Source of the DNA: Verrucomicrobiia bacterium
GTDB taxonomy: Bacteria > Chloroflexota > Dormibacteria > Aeolococcales > Bog-877
NCBI GenBank assembly: GCA_035532155.1
Contig: DATKRN010000049.1
Location: forward strand, 7,102-71,101
Reading direction: 5' to 3'
Length of the DNA stretch: 64,000 nt
Under the pieces are notes generated by a model. It had not been told where the DNA came from. It saw only the letters and a list, made by a program, of their open reading frames with translations, and did no database searches. Position numbers and translations under genes: made by a program. Every line of letters starts with the position of its first letter. Positions within the stretch are counted from its first letter, which is position 1. Below are positions 32,334 to 41,755 of the stretch, in pieces.

Positions 32334-33563
32334 ATGCGTTCCGGGCCCCTTCGTCCTCTCCTCGTCCTCGCCCTGGCCCTTGAGATCACCGGCCTGGGTC
32401 TCGCCCCCGTCGGGGCGCTGGCGGCCGGGCGCGTCCCCCGACGGCTCGGCCTCCCGCCGGCGCCGCCGGCTCCCTTCGTGGTGGCGATCGACCCCGGGCA
32501 CGGCGGGAGCTACGACCCCCAGCAGCCCCATCGCCCCTGGGACCCGGGGGCGATCTCACCCTTCAACGGCCTGGTGGAGCGGGTGGTGACCCTCGACGAG
32601 GGGATCGACCTGCGCCGCCTGCTGGAGGCGACCGGGGTCCAGGTGGTGATGACCCGGACCACCAACGTCTTCGTCAGCATCCCCAACGCCGAGGCGGTTG
32701 TCGACCGCAGTCATGCCAACCTCTTCGTCAGCTTGTGGGTGAATGACTGGTACACGCCCCAGGTCGAGGGCGTCACGGTCTTCACGCCCCGTCGCGGCGA
32801 CACCGCGTTCGCCGAGCGCATCGACGCCGGCCTGGCGGCGGCGGCACGCCCCTACGGAATGGTCAACCGCGGGGTGCAGCCGCGAACCAACTTGTGGGTG
32901 CACGCGCCCATGCCCACGGTCACGATCGAGGCGGGCTTCATGAGCAATCGCAAGGACTCGCTGCTGTTGGCCCAGCCCGCGGTCCGGCTCGCCCTCGCCC
33001 GGGGCGTGTTCGCCGGTCTTGTCGCCTACGCCCCCGTGATCCGCCGCCTGCACGCCCAGCAGACGGCCTACCGCCGCGCGCTGGGCGCCTACGACGCGGC
33101 CGAGCGGTCGCTGGCACGGGCGCGCCGCCGCGCCCAGGCGCGCGTGCAAGCCGCCCGCCAGCGGCAGGCCCTCGACCCCCTGCTCTGGCTGGCGGCCCTG
33201 CTGCTGGTGATGGGGGTGTACCGCCGCTTCCTCGCCCGCCAGGTGGGGCAGCTGGGGAGGGTGGGTACGGCGGCCCGGGCCGCCGCGTCCACGAGGCTGG
33301 CCGCCCGGGCCCCGCGTCCGGCCGCGGATGGACCGACCCCGCCCCGGCGGGCCCGCCGCCGCCGGGCTCATCCGCCGGGACGGCGCGTCCCCGCCCTGCG
33401 GCCGCGGGCGGGTCCGGCGCGGCCGGCCACCGGGACCGCGTGGGGCTCCGCGGTGGCGCTGGGCGGCCGGTCCACCGGCCCGAGGCGGCGGGTCGCGGAC
33501 CTGGTCCAGCCCGCCGAGCCGGTGCGCCACCGCCGCACCGTCTACGACGAGCTCTGGCCGTGA
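32334..33563 (+). CDS. N-acetylmuramoyl-L-alanine amidase (Amidase_3, CwlD/AmiC-like) with an Arg/Ala-rich C-terminal extension
   Basis: Signal/TM MRSGPLRPLLVLALALEITG, then Amidase_3 motifs (VVAIDPGHGG...ANLFVSLWVND...VTIEAGFMSNRKD). The C-terminal 150 aa are low complexity, so the true stop is uncertain. Confidence 0.7.
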   Translation: MRSGPLRPLLVLALALEITGLGLAPVGALAAGRVPRRLGLPPAPPAPFVVAIDPGHGGSYDPQQPHRPWDPGAISPFNGLVERVVTLDEGIDLRRLLEATGVQVVMTRTTNVFVSIPNAEAVVDRSHANLFVSLWVNDWYTPQVEGVTVFTPRRGDTAFAERIDAGLAAAARPYGMVNRGVQPRTNLWVHAPMPTVTIEAGFMSNRKDSLLLAQPAVRLALARGVFAGLVAYAPVIRRLHAQQTAYRRALGAYDAAERSLARARRRAQARVQAARQRQALDPLLWLAALLLVMGVYRRFLARQVGQLGRVGTAARAAASTRLAARAPRPAADGPTPPRRARRRRAHPPGRRVPALRPRAGPARPATGTAWGSAVALGGRSTGPRRRVADLVQPAEPVRHRRTVYDELWP

Positions 33564-33582
33564 GCCGCCCCCGACCAGCCGG

Positions 33583-34233
33583 CTACCCCGACCGGGACGG
33601 CGCGGGCGCCCCGAACATCGCCCGGCAGCCGTCGAGGTTCTCGATGACGATGTCCGGGTGGGGCCGGGCGAGCCACTGGGCGCGGTCGAGACGGAGCTGG
33701 ACGGTGCGCGCGGGCGCCCCCCGGCGCAGCGTCCAGCTCTCGCCGTTGGGCGTGTAGCCGAGGGCGCGGGAGACCGCCAGTGAGGCGGGGTTGTCCGCGA
33801 ACGCGGCCGACGTGGCCGCCACCGCACCCAGCCCCTCGAACGCGAGATGGAGCACGGCAGCCCGCATCTCCCGACCGATGCCGCGCCTCTCGTGAGCGCG
33901 CCCCAGCCACGAGCCGGTCCCCACCGTGCCCAGCTCCGAGACGTGCCGGGCCATGTGGTCCTGGACCCCGACCGGCTCGCCGTCGAGGAACACGGCGGCG
34001 GCCAGCGCCCACGCGTCGGGCCTGCACTCGGCCCGCAGTCGCCACCACCACTGCAGGGCGTTGCGCTCGAGCTCGGTCACCGGCGCGTCGGTCCAGGGGA
34101 TCTCGAAGGGCATCACCTCGGGGTGGTGGATCCCGGCGGCCGCCAGCCGGGCCCGCGCGACGCCGTCGTCGTCGGTCGCAAGGCGCAGCGTGCGCCCTCG
34201 CAGGTTGAACAGAGGCCAGATCGCGTGTGCCAC
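33583..34233 (-). CDS. GNAT-family N-acetyltransferase
   Basis: 216 aa. GNAT motif A region (QDHMARHVSELGTVGTGSWLGRAHERRGIGREMRAAVLHLAFEGLG). Confidence 0.75.
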   Translation of the reverse strand: MAHAIWPLFNLRGRTLRLATDDDGVARARLAAAGIHHPEVMPFEIPWTDAPVTELERNALQWWWRLRAECRPDAWALAAAVFLDGEPVGVQDHMARHVSELGTVGTGSWLGRAHERRGIGREMRAAVLHLAFEGLGAVAATSAAFADNPASLAVSRALGYTPNGESWTLRRGAPARTVQLRLDRAQWLARPHPDIVIENLDGCRAMFGAPAPSRSG

Positions 34234-34296
34234 CCCGCCAGGGTACGGGCGGCGGCGACCGGCCCCCGGAGCCCGCGCCGGGGCGGGCCGGGGCGC

Positions 34297-35162
34297 TCAG
34301 GGGTGACGCCGCGGGGTCGCCGGCCGGCGCGATCCCAGCGCCGCCGCGCTCACCAGCGGGGCGGCGGCGAGCCGGCGACCCCCCCCCCACCGTGGCGACC
34401 ACCGCCAGGCCGACCCCGCGTACCCCGGCGGGCCATGGGTGGCGAACCGCTCCTGGAACACGGTGAGCCCGAGCAGGGAGCCGGCCGCGGGCTCGGCGAC
34501 CAGGGCCGCCGGCAGGGCGGCCGCCAGCTCGCCCGCCCGGTAGGCGCGCTGCTGCAGCAGGAACCCGGCCGCGCCCACCGCGACCAGGGCGTAGGGGGCG
34601 AAGGGGGCGAGCGCCCCGAGATGGCGCCCGGCGACCAGGGCGATGGTGGTCTTGGTGAGGGCGTCCGAGCCTCCCAGGGTGGTCCCGGCGCAGAGGGCGA
34701 CCCGCACCGCCCGGCATCCCTCAGGCCAGCGGGGGCCGAGCCGCACGGGCCACAGCGACGACCAGGGCGAGCGCCGCCAGCGCCGGCGCCCAGGCCGTCA
34801 GGCGAGGTCGCCGGCGTCCCCCCTCGGGGTGGGCCAGGATCAAGAACGCGGCCACCCCGCCGGCGGCGGCGATGGACCGCTCGCAGGAGCAGCGCGAAGA
34901 CCAGCGCGGTCGCCAGCACCGGCTCCACCACGGCGAGGCGCCCGATGCCCAGCTCGACCGCCTGGGCGCCGAACCCCGCCACCATCAGCAGGACCCCGAT
35001 CACCCAGGTCGGACGCCGCATCAGCCCGAGCACCAGCTGGGCAGAGGACCCGGACCGCTCCTCCAGCCCGTGGGCCACCCCCTGCTGGAGGACCGCGCCG
35101 GCCCCGATCCCAAGGGCCGCGACCGCGGCCAGCAGCACCGACCACGCGGTCACCCCGGTCAC
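34297..35162 (-). pseudogene. Small polytopic membrane protein (DMT/EamA-like). The reading frame is broken, or it is two overlapping small membrane-protein genes.
   Basis: A membrane-protein-like sequence is spread over three frames. Frame A (35162 down to about 34850) gives VTGVTAWSVLLAAVAALGIGAGAV...LATALVFALLLRAV. It shifts to GVAAFLILAHPEGGRRRPRLTAWAPALAALALVVAVA, ending at the TGA near 34714. A further ATG ORF (34746..34297) encodes ...TTIALVAGRHLGALAPFAPYALVAVGAAGFLLQQRAYRAGELAAALPAALVAEPAAGSLLGLTVFQERF. Confidence 0.35.
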
Positions 35163-35176
35163 GGACCCGCCCCGGC

Positions 35177-36539
35177 CTACTCCAGCAGTCGGAGCGCCAG
35201 CCGGCCCAGCGGGCCCCGGGCCCCACCACGGTCGTCGGCTGCCTGGAGCGCCCGCTGGGTGGCCCCGAGCACCATCGCCCGCAACGGCTCGGGCGGCAGC
35301 GGGGTGGGACGCCGGGTCACCAGCGGCAGCCGGACCCGCTCGGTGTCGCGGTCCAGCAGCAGGTCGGCACCCACGCGCCCCATCAGAGCCGACGGCGCCA
35401 CCCCGTGCCCGCTGGAGCCGACCGCGTAGGCGAGCCGCCTCCCCCGCAGCCAGCCCGCGATCGGCAGACAGCTGACGGTGGCCCCCACCGGGCCGCCCCA
35501 GCTTTGGCGCAGGCGCACATCGGCGAGCTGGGGGACGGTCTGCCGGACGCTCTGCTCCAGCCGGCCGAACACGGCGGGGTCGCGGTCGCGCGCGGGGTCC
35601 GGTCCGATCGCCGAGATCGGGGCGTCGCGCCCGCCCCAGAGGATCCGGCCGTCGGGCGTGGGGCGGTGGACGGGGGGCATCACCCGTCGGTCCTCGATCC
35701 CCATGCCCCCAGCCCAGCCGAGCCGCTCCCACTGCGCGGGCGTGAGCGGGTCGGTGAGCGTGATCGACGCACAGACCGTGAAGAGGACCCGCCGCAGCCG
35801 GGGGATGGCGTGGGCGTAGGCATTGGTCGCGAATCAGCCCGCGGGCGGCCGGGACGACGCCCCGCGGGGTCAGCGCCACCACGCCCTCAGGTCCCACCCG
35901 CACCTGCTCGACCGGGGAGCAATCGTGCACCGCCACGCCCCGGCGGTCAGCCGCGTCCGCCAGCCCGCGCACCAGGGCTGCCGGGTCCAGCAGCAGCGCC
36001 GCCTGCTCGACGTGGCCACCGCGGACCCCCGCCGCCGCCACCAGCTCCGGGCAGGCGGCCGCGGAGAGGGGGCGAAAGTGGTCGAGACCGAGTCGCTCGG
36101 CCGCCCGCAGGTCCTAGAGGATGCGGACGTCCTGCTCGGGCCCATTGGAGACGGTGAGCAGGCCGGGACGCGTCAGTTCAGCGGCGAGCCCCTCGGCGAG
36201 GCAGAACGCTTCGATCTCGGCCAGGGTCTCCACCATCTGGAGGGGGACCGCCTGCGCCGGTGCGGCCCCGAGCTTGCGAGCCAGATCGTGCAGGTTGCGG
36301 GCCATCATGGTCATGGCGAAGCCGCCATTGCAACCGCTGGCGCCGAACCCCACCGTGCTCTGCTCCAGCACGATCACCCGGCAGCCGGGGTCGGCCTCGA
36401 TCAGGCGGATGGCGGACCACAGCCCGGTGAGTCCGCCGCCGACGATCACCACGTCGCAGCGCCGGTCCCCCTCGAGCGCCGGCCGCAGGGGCGGGCGGGC
36501 GCGATCCAGCCACCAGCTGGGTCCCGGCCGGGCCGGCAC
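35177..36539 (-). pseudogene. FAD-dependent oxidoreductase (DAO family, glycine/D-amino-acid oxidase-like), inactivated by an in-frame TAG and at least one frameshift
   Basis: The N-terminus has the dinucleotide-binding motif DVVIVGGGLTGLWSAIRL and ends at TAG 36114..36116. The same frame continues with ...AAAGVRGGHVEQAALLLDPAALVRGLADAADRRGVAVHDCSPV...VVPAARGL. A TGA at 35834..35836 interrupts the downstream frame. The C-terminal third (FATNAYAHAIPRLRRV...GSSGHGVAPS...) is in a third frame. Confidence 0.7.
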
Positions 36540-36547
36540 CGGTCGGG

Positions 36548-37702
36548 TCAGCTGGCCTCGGCGACCGGGACCCGGGCGCCATCGGCCGCCGCCAGCGCCT
36601 GGTAGGCGCGACGCTCCGGCTCGTCCGCGCCGCTCACGCTGGCGGTGGTCACCCGGACGGTGAGGTAGGCGTCCCCCCCCGAATCCTGGGATCGGAGCCC
36701 GGGGATCCCCTTGCCGCGCAGCCGCAGCACCGTGCCGGCGGGGCAGTTCTCGGGGATGGTCACCTCGATCCGGCCGGTCGGCAGCTCGGCGGTGGCCGCC
36801 CCTCCCAGCACGGCTCGGTAGTCACGCACAGCGACATCGCCGTGGAGGTCGCGTCCCCGCACCTCGAAGCGCGGGTCGGGCTGAAGGTGCACCCGCAGCA
36901 GCAGGTGGCCCGCGGCGCCCCCGCGCTGGCCACCGCCGCCCTCACCGGCGATGCGGATCCGGGAGCCCGCGGCCACTCCCCGAGGGATCGTGACGCTGAG
37001 CGTGCGTTCGCGGGAGAGGCTGCCCCGACCGCCGCACGCGGGGCAGGGGGCCAGGCTCACCGTCACGGTTCCTCCCGGCGCCGGGGCATCGTCGGGCCGC
37101 GGCACCATGCCCCGGCCATCGCAGGTCGGGCAGGGCTCGTTGAGCCCGACCCGGATCGTGCGCCGCCCGCCCTGGATCGCCTCGGCCAGGCCGATCGTGA
37201 TGTCGCTGCTGGCATCGGTGCCGCGTGCAGGGGTGGGGGTCGCCGGCGAGCCGCCCCCGCGGGCGCGTCGCAGCAGCTCGTCGACCTCGAGCTCGCTGAG
37301 GGGGTCGGTGCTGGCACCCCGTCCCCCGAAGAAGGTCTCGAAGAAGTCGCTGAAGCCGCCGAAGCGGGAACGCCCGCGGGCACCCGCCCCGCCCGCCGCC
37401 GAGGCCGCCGCCCGCGCCGCCGCCGCCGCGCGGGCGGCCGCCTCCTGGGCCTGGCGCCGGAAGGCGTCGCTGTGCTCGAGCTGTTCCCAGTTGGCCCCGA
37501 GCTGGTCGTACTTGCGACGCTTGGCGGGGTCCTTCAAGACCTCGTACGCCTCGTTGACGCGCTTGAACCGCTCGGTCGCCTTGGGGTCCTTGTTGACGTC
37601 GGGGTGGAGCTGACGGGCCAGTCCGCGGTAGGCGGACTGCACCTCCTTCTGGCTGGCGGAGCGCGCCACCCCGAGCGTGGCGTAATAGTCGTGGAACTCC
37701 AC
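36548..37702 (-). CDS. DnaJ-family (J-domain) co-chaperone, CbpA/DnaJ-like with a degenerate zinc-finger region
   Basis: J domain [36 protein letters not shown] with HPD. Only two CxxCxGxG repeats ([16 protein letters not shown]), then a DnaJ C-terminal beta domain. It is not next to dnaK/grpE. Confidence 0.85.
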   Translation of the reverse strand: MEFHDYYATLGVARSASQKEVQSAYRGLARQLHPDVNKDPKATERFKRVNEAYEVLKDPAKRRKYDQLGANWEQLEHSDAFRRQAQEAAARAAAAARAAASAAGGAGARGRSRFGGFSDFFETFFGGRGASTDPLSELEVDELLRRARGGGSPATPTPARGTDASSDITIGLAEAIQGGRRTIRVGLNEPCPTCDGRGMVPRPDDAPAPGGTVTVSLAPCPACGGRGSLSRERTLSVTIPRGVAAGSRIRIAGEGGGGQRGGAAGHLLLRVHLQPDPRFEVRGRDLHGDVAVRDYRAVLGGAATAELPTGRIEVTIPENCPAGTVLRLRGKGIPGLRSQDSGGDAYLTVRVTTASVSGADEPERRAYQALAAADGARVPVAEAS

Positions 37703-37752
37703 GCCCCCACCCTACCCCACCCACCCCGGCGGGAAACGACGGCAGGCCCGCA

Positions 37753-38985
37753 TCAGCTGGCCCCGAGCTGGTCCCGCAGGTCGCGGACCAGCTGCGCCGC
37801 GTGCGGCAGCAGCGCGCCGGCGGGGTCGAGACACGGCCCCTCCAGCACCACCCGGGCCAGCTCGTGGCCGGGCCGGGCCCGACCGCGGACGATGAGCCCG
37901 ACCTCGCCGGGCCGGGGCCCGTCGATCGCCAGAGGAGCCGCCCGCTCCCATCCACCCGCCGCCGACAGGCGTCCGGTGCCGCTGGCCAGGCCGGGGCGCA
38001 CCGTCTGGGTCCCGAGGTTGTGGAGGATGAGCTGCGACCAGTGGCACTCCAGCCGCGACGGCAGCGCCGGATCCCCCGCTCCCACGAACACCCCCAGGTG
38101 GCGGGCGAGCAGGGAGGGCTCGCCGCGGTCGCGGGCCGACAGGTTCCAGAGCGGCACGGAGGCGACCAGGCGCGGGTTCACTTCGATGCAGAAGACGGTG
38201 TCATCCGCCGCCACCACCAGGTCGGCGCCGAAGATGCCGCGGTGGCCCTCGCGCTGGAGCCAGGCGGCGGCCCGCGCCGCCACCGACAGGACCGCCGCCT
38301 CGCCCCGGATCGGGGCGCCGAAGTCGTTGCCGCAGGAGCCCAGCGGGTAGGGTGTGCACTCGGCCAGCCCGGTGAGCTGGCGACAGGGCACCCCCAGGGC
38401 GACCGCGCCGTCGCCCACCACCCCGGTCACCGTCACCGGGTCGCCGCGGATCCAGCTGCTGACCCGGCAGCTGCGACCGGCGTAGGTGGCCAGCAGGGCG
38501 GTGAGGTCCTGCTCGGTGTCGGCTCGGCGGGTGTGGCGACCGCTGTAGCCGCTGGCGAGCTGGACCACCCACGGCCCCCGGAGGCGCAGGGCCTGCTCCG
38601 TCAGGGCGGGGGCGGCGACCCCTGTGACCGCCGGGGGGATGGGCAGCCACGCGCCCGGCGCGGTGCGGGTGAAGTGCACCTTGTTCTCCAGCCGCCGGGC
38701 GATCGCCGCGCCCGCGTTGGCGAGAGGCACTCCCACCTGGCGGGCGCACTCGGCGATCCGCATCGACGGCTTCCAGACCACGAGCTGGCTGGCGCTCGCG
38801 GCCAGCCGGCGGCGGACGTCCTCACGCTCCAGCAGGGCCAGCGCTGAGATCGCGAGCGGAGGCCCCGCCTGGTCGACGCGGCCGGGCGGGTCGCCGACGA
38901 TCCCGCACGCGTCGGCGCAGAGCACCGCGAGCTGGCTGCCCAGGGCGGGGACGGGGTCGGTCCCCACGTAGACCGGACCCATCAT
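37753..38985 (-). CDS. ATP-grasp domain protein with an about 100-aa N-terminal extension
   Basis: ATP-grasp core WVVQLASGYSGRHTRRADTEQDL...GVVGDGAVALGVPCRQL...IFGADLVVAADDTVFCIEVNPRL. It matches neither RimK/LysX nor Ddl exactly. 410 aa. Confidence 0.65.
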   Translation of the reverse strand: MMGPVYVGTDPVPALGSQLAVLCADACGIVGDPPGRVDQAGPPLAISALALLEREDVRRRLAASASQLVVWKPSMRIAECARQVGVPLANAGAAIARRLENKVHFTRTAPGAWLPIPPAVTGVAAPALTEQALRLRGPWVVQLASGYSGRHTRRADTEQDLTALLATYAGRSCRVSSWIRGDPVTVTGVVGDGAVALGVPCRQLTGLAECTPYPLGSCGNDFGAPIRGEAAVLSVAARAAAWLQREGHRGIFGADLVVAADDTVFCIEVNPRLVASVPLWNLSARDRGEPSLLARHLGVFVGAGDPALPSRLECHWSQLILHNLGTQTVRPGLASGTGRLSAAGGWERAAPLAIDGPRPGEVGLIVRGRARPGHELARVVLEGPCLDPAGALLPHAAQLVRDLRDQLGAS

Positions 38986-39983
38986 CGTGGAGAGAGCCCC
39001 ATCTGGCCCAGCTGGGCATCCAGCTCGGCCTCGGTCTCCACCCAGGTGAGGCCGTCGATCCGCGCCGGATCGGGGGCGGGCGCCCGGTCGAGCTGGGCCA
39101 GCTCGCCGGTGAGCAGCGCCACCACGCGCCGGCCCGCGAGATCGGGCGCTGCGCAGCCGATCGCGGTGAGAACGGCCACCCCCTCCCAGGAGGTGCCCAC
39201 CCCGAAGCCGGCGGCGAGGTCTTGGACCTCGCCCATCCGGGCCCGGTCCACCTGCCAGGCCCGGCCCCCGCTGGCGAAGACCGCCCGCCGCACCTCACCG
39301 GAGCGGCGGCTGCGACCCACCCCCAGCTCCCCGACTCCGCGCGCCGCGGGTTCCGCCGTGACCACATGGAGGGCGGGGGCGGGCACGGCTCCGGCGGCGA
39401 ATCCCTGCGCGATCCCGACCGCGGTGGCCCCGCTGCTCTGGTAGACGAAGACGGCGTCCGGCGGTCGCTCCGGCCCGAGCGCCGCCACGAGCTCAGCGGC
39501 GATGCCACGGTAGGCGATGGGCGCCAGCGGATGGACCGAGGGTCGCAGGTCCTCGCAGCCGAACACCTGGACCGCCCGGCGCAGCAGGGCGATCGGCGTC
39601 GGAGTCACGAGCAGCGTCCCCGGGAAGGCCGCCAGCGCCCTCAGCTTGACCCCAGGGGTCCGGGGCGAGACCAGCACCAGCACCGGGACGTCGGCGGCGC
39701 GGGCGTACGCGGCCGCGGCGATGGCGGCGTTGCCCGACGAGGAGAGGGCGCCCGCACGTCCGCTCCGCCGCAGCCCGGCGGATTGGAGGGAGAGCGCCCG
39801 CGCCTTGTGGCTGCCGGTGGGGCTCACGTCCTCGCGCTTCAGCCAGAGGTCGGGGACGCCCAGCGCCGCCCCCAGCCGAGGAGCCGCGACCACCGGGGTG
39901 TGCCCCTCGCCGAGCGACACCGGCGCCAGCCCGGCTAGACTCGGCCCGAAGAGTGCCCGGTGGTCCCACTGGCCAGAGCCGAC
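38982..39983 (-). CDS. PLP-dependent fold-type II enzyme (threonine synthase / cysteine synthase-like, PALP family)
   Basis: HTPVVAAPRLGAALGVPDLWLKREDVSPTGSHKARALSLQ (PLP-lysine motif), SSGNAAIAAAAYA, and a Gly-rich loop SSGATAVGIAQGF. The upstream part of the 440-aa ORF-track entry is junk and would overlap the lysW-like gene. The start was set near 39983. Confidence 0.6.
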   Translation of the reverse strand, partial: VGSGQWDHRALFGPSLAGLAPVSLGEGHTPVVAAPRLGAALGVPDLWLKREDVSPTGSHKARALSLQSAGLRRSGRAGALSSSGNAAIAAAAYARAADVPVLVLVSPRTPGVKLRALAAFPGTLLVTPTPIALLRRAVQVFGCEDLRPSVHPLAPIAYRGIAAELVAALGPERPPDAVFVYQSSGATAVGIAQGFAAGAVPAPALHVVTAEPAARGVGELGVGRSRRSGEVRRAVFASGGRAWQVDRARMGEVQDLAAGFGVGTSWEGVAVLTAIGCAAPDLAGRRVVALLTGELAQLDRAPAPDPARIDGLTWVETEAELDAQLGQMGLSPR

Positions 39984-40022
39984 CCGGGCCGGCTGGACGC
40001 CCGAGCTCACGGGAGTGCCCCG

Positions 40023-40193
40023 ATGCCGTCGCCCCCGACCCCGGTCGCCTGCCCTGACTGCGGGGTGGCGGTGGCGGTGCCCGGCGATTCCGAGGTGGGC
40101 GAGGTGGTGGAGTGCCCCGGCTGCGGGGCCCCCTTGGAGGTGGTGGCCCTGACGCCGCTCACCCTGGTGCCCTTCGACGAGGAGGAGAAGTAG
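40023..40193 (+). CDS. LysW-like zinc-ribbon protein, an alpha-aminoadipate/LysW amino-group-carrier-protein family homolog. 56 aa, ending in ...FDEEEK.
   Basis: MPSPPTPVACPDCGVAVAVPGDSEVGEVVECPGCGAPLEVVALTPLTLVPFDEEEK aligns position by position with Thermus LysW ([50 protein letters not shown]). Both have two CxxCG knuckles, GExV, CGAxLEVVxLxPLxLxP and an acidic tail. The internal ATG at 40023 was used. It is on the opposite strand to all its neighbours. Confidence 0.6.
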   Translation: MPSPPTPVACPDCGVAVAVPGDSEVGEVVECPGCGAPLEVVALTPLTLVPFDEEEK

Positions 40194-41721
40194 CCGCGGG
40201 GACAATCGCCCGGACCGCGGCCCGGAAGCCCCGTCCCCCGGGGTCGGATCCGTAGAAGGCGTGGAACGCTCCCGGGCAGGCCGGCGAGAACAGGACGGCC
40301 TCACCGGGACGGGCCGCCTCGGCCGCGAGCGCGACCGCCTGGTCGAGGCCTGTGACCCGGTGCACCCGCGCGGCGCTCCCGGCGGCCTGGAGCGCCCCCG
40401 CGATCCGCTCGGAGCCCGCCCCGGGAAGCAGGACGATCGCGCGGACGGCGCTGGGGACCAGCACCACCAGCTCGTCCCAGGCCAGCTGCTTGTCGTCGCC
40501 CCCGCAGATGAGCACGCAGCGGCGCCCGAGAGCGAGCACCGCCGCCACCGTGGACTGGGGCGTGGTCGAGTTCAGGTCGTCGACCCAGTCCACCCCGCCG
40601 GCCTGCCAGACCAGCTGGATGCGGTGGCGCAGCGGCTGAAAGTCGGCCAGCGCGTCCGCCGCCGTGTCCGCCAGTCGGCCCATCGCCGCCACCGTCGCCA
40701 CCGCCGCTCGGACGTTCTGCCGGTTGTGCGCGCCCAGCAGTCCGCTGGGCCCCGGCCCGACCCTCTCCGCCCACACCCCGTGGCGGCGGACGACCACCTC
40801 TTCGTCGATCTCGAAGGCCCCGTCGAAGCCCTCGAGCCCGGTCTCGCTGGCGGCGAAGCGCCACTCCTCGGCCCCACGGGCGGCCGGGCACCGCGCCCGG
40901 CTGATGGGGTCATCCGCGTTGCGCACGGCCACCCGGTTGCCCGGGAGTGAGAAGAGGCGCCGCTTGGCGTCGACGTAGCCGTCCAGGCCGTTGTGCTCGT
41001 CGAGATGGTTGGGGGTGAGGTTGGTCAGGCAGGCAACCTCGGGGGCGCTCGCCATCTGGAGTAGCTGGCGGTTGCTGATCTCCAGCACCAGCACATCGGT
41101 GGCCGCGCCCGATGCCACCTCGACCAGACACGGGGTCTGGTGACGGTCGTTGCCCGCCGACCGGACCACCCCCGAGCGGGGCCCGGCGGACAGCAGCCGG
41201 GCCACCAGGGCGGCGGTGGTCGACTTGCCGTGGCTGCCGCTCACCCCGACCACAGGACCCCTGGCGCAGTCGAGGTACGCCTGCGCCAGGGAGTAGAACG
41301 GACGGCCCGCGGCGCGCAGCGCCTCCAGCGGCCGATTGCGCGGGTTGAGGAACCATGCCTGGGTGGGCACCACCACCGCCGCCTCGTCGAGGCCGGCGAG
41401 ATAGCGGTCGCCGAGGCGAAGGTCCCGCAGCCCAGTGGCGAGCGCCTCCCACCGCTGCGCCCGGGTCCGGGGAGCGAGCCCGGCGTGCGCGCGCGCGAAA
41501 GCGGTCGCGACCTCATCCGCGGGGGCCAGGTCGTGGCCCACCAGCTGCGAGCAACCGCAGGCCAGGCAGAAGCGCGCCATCTCGGCCCCCTCGAGGCTCG
41601 CCACCCCGACGATGTGCAGGGGCCGGTCACGATAGGGAGCCAGGGCGCGCGGCAAGGCCGCGGCCAGCCGGCCCGCCTCGGACGGGGCCGGCGGGAGTGC
41701 AAAGGGCAGCATCGCCCGCAT
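40159..41721 (-). CDS. MurD-like Mur ligase family protein with a divergent N-terminal domain. It is outside any dcw cluster.
   Basis: Central ATPase domain GVSGSHGKSTTAALVARLL...VLEISNRQL...NLTPNHLDEH. C-terminal domain DDLNSTTPQST...LFSPACPGAFHAFYGSDPGGRGF, which parallels E. coli MurD NDSKATN...[22 protein letters not shown]. The N-terminal Rossmann motif is degenerate (HIVGVASLEGAEMARFCLACG). Confidence 0.75.
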   Translation of the reverse strand: MRAMLPFALPPAPSEAGRLAAALPRALAPYRDRPLHIVGVASLEGAEMARFCLACGCSQLVGHDLAPADEVATAFARAHAGLAPRTRAQRWEALATGLRDLRLGDRYLAGLDEAAVVVPTQAWFLNPRNRPLEALRAAGRPFYSLAQAYLDCARGPVVGVSGSHGKSTTAALVARLLSAGPRSGVVRSAGNDRHQTPCLVEVASGAATDVLVLEISNRQLLQMASAPEVACLTNLTPNHLDEHNGLDGYVDAKRRLFSLPGNRVAVRNADDPISRARCPAARGAEEWRFAASETGLEGFDGAFEIDEEVVVRRHGVWAERVGPGPSGLLGAHNRQNVRAAVATVAAMGRLADTAADALADFQPLRHRIQLVWQAGGVDWVDDLNSTTPQSTVAAVLALGRRCVLICGGDDKQLAWDELVVLVPSAVRAIVLLPGAGSERIAGALQAAGSAARVHRVTGLDQAVALAAEAARPGEAVLFSPACPGAFHAFYGSDPGGRGFRAAVRAIVPAATSPPRRRAPG

Positions 41722-41755
41722 CGTACGGCGGCCGGGGCGACCCGCCGCTCACCGG

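Noticed and set aside
34643-36157. 504-aa plus-strand ORF, plus the N-terminal 290 aa of the 563-aa minus ORF 34350..36041
   Set aside because: Pro/Arg/Gly-rich, with no motifs. They overlap the FAD-oxidoreductase pseudogene and membrane-protein frames that do carry recognisable motifs.
40159-41721. Calling the Mur ligase gene as housekeeping murD
   Set aside because: The C-terminal and central domains are MurD-like. But the N-terminal Rossmann GxGxxG is degenerate, and no mraY/murG/ftsW/murC neighbours are present. It is labelled MurD-like and not assigned the murD symbol.
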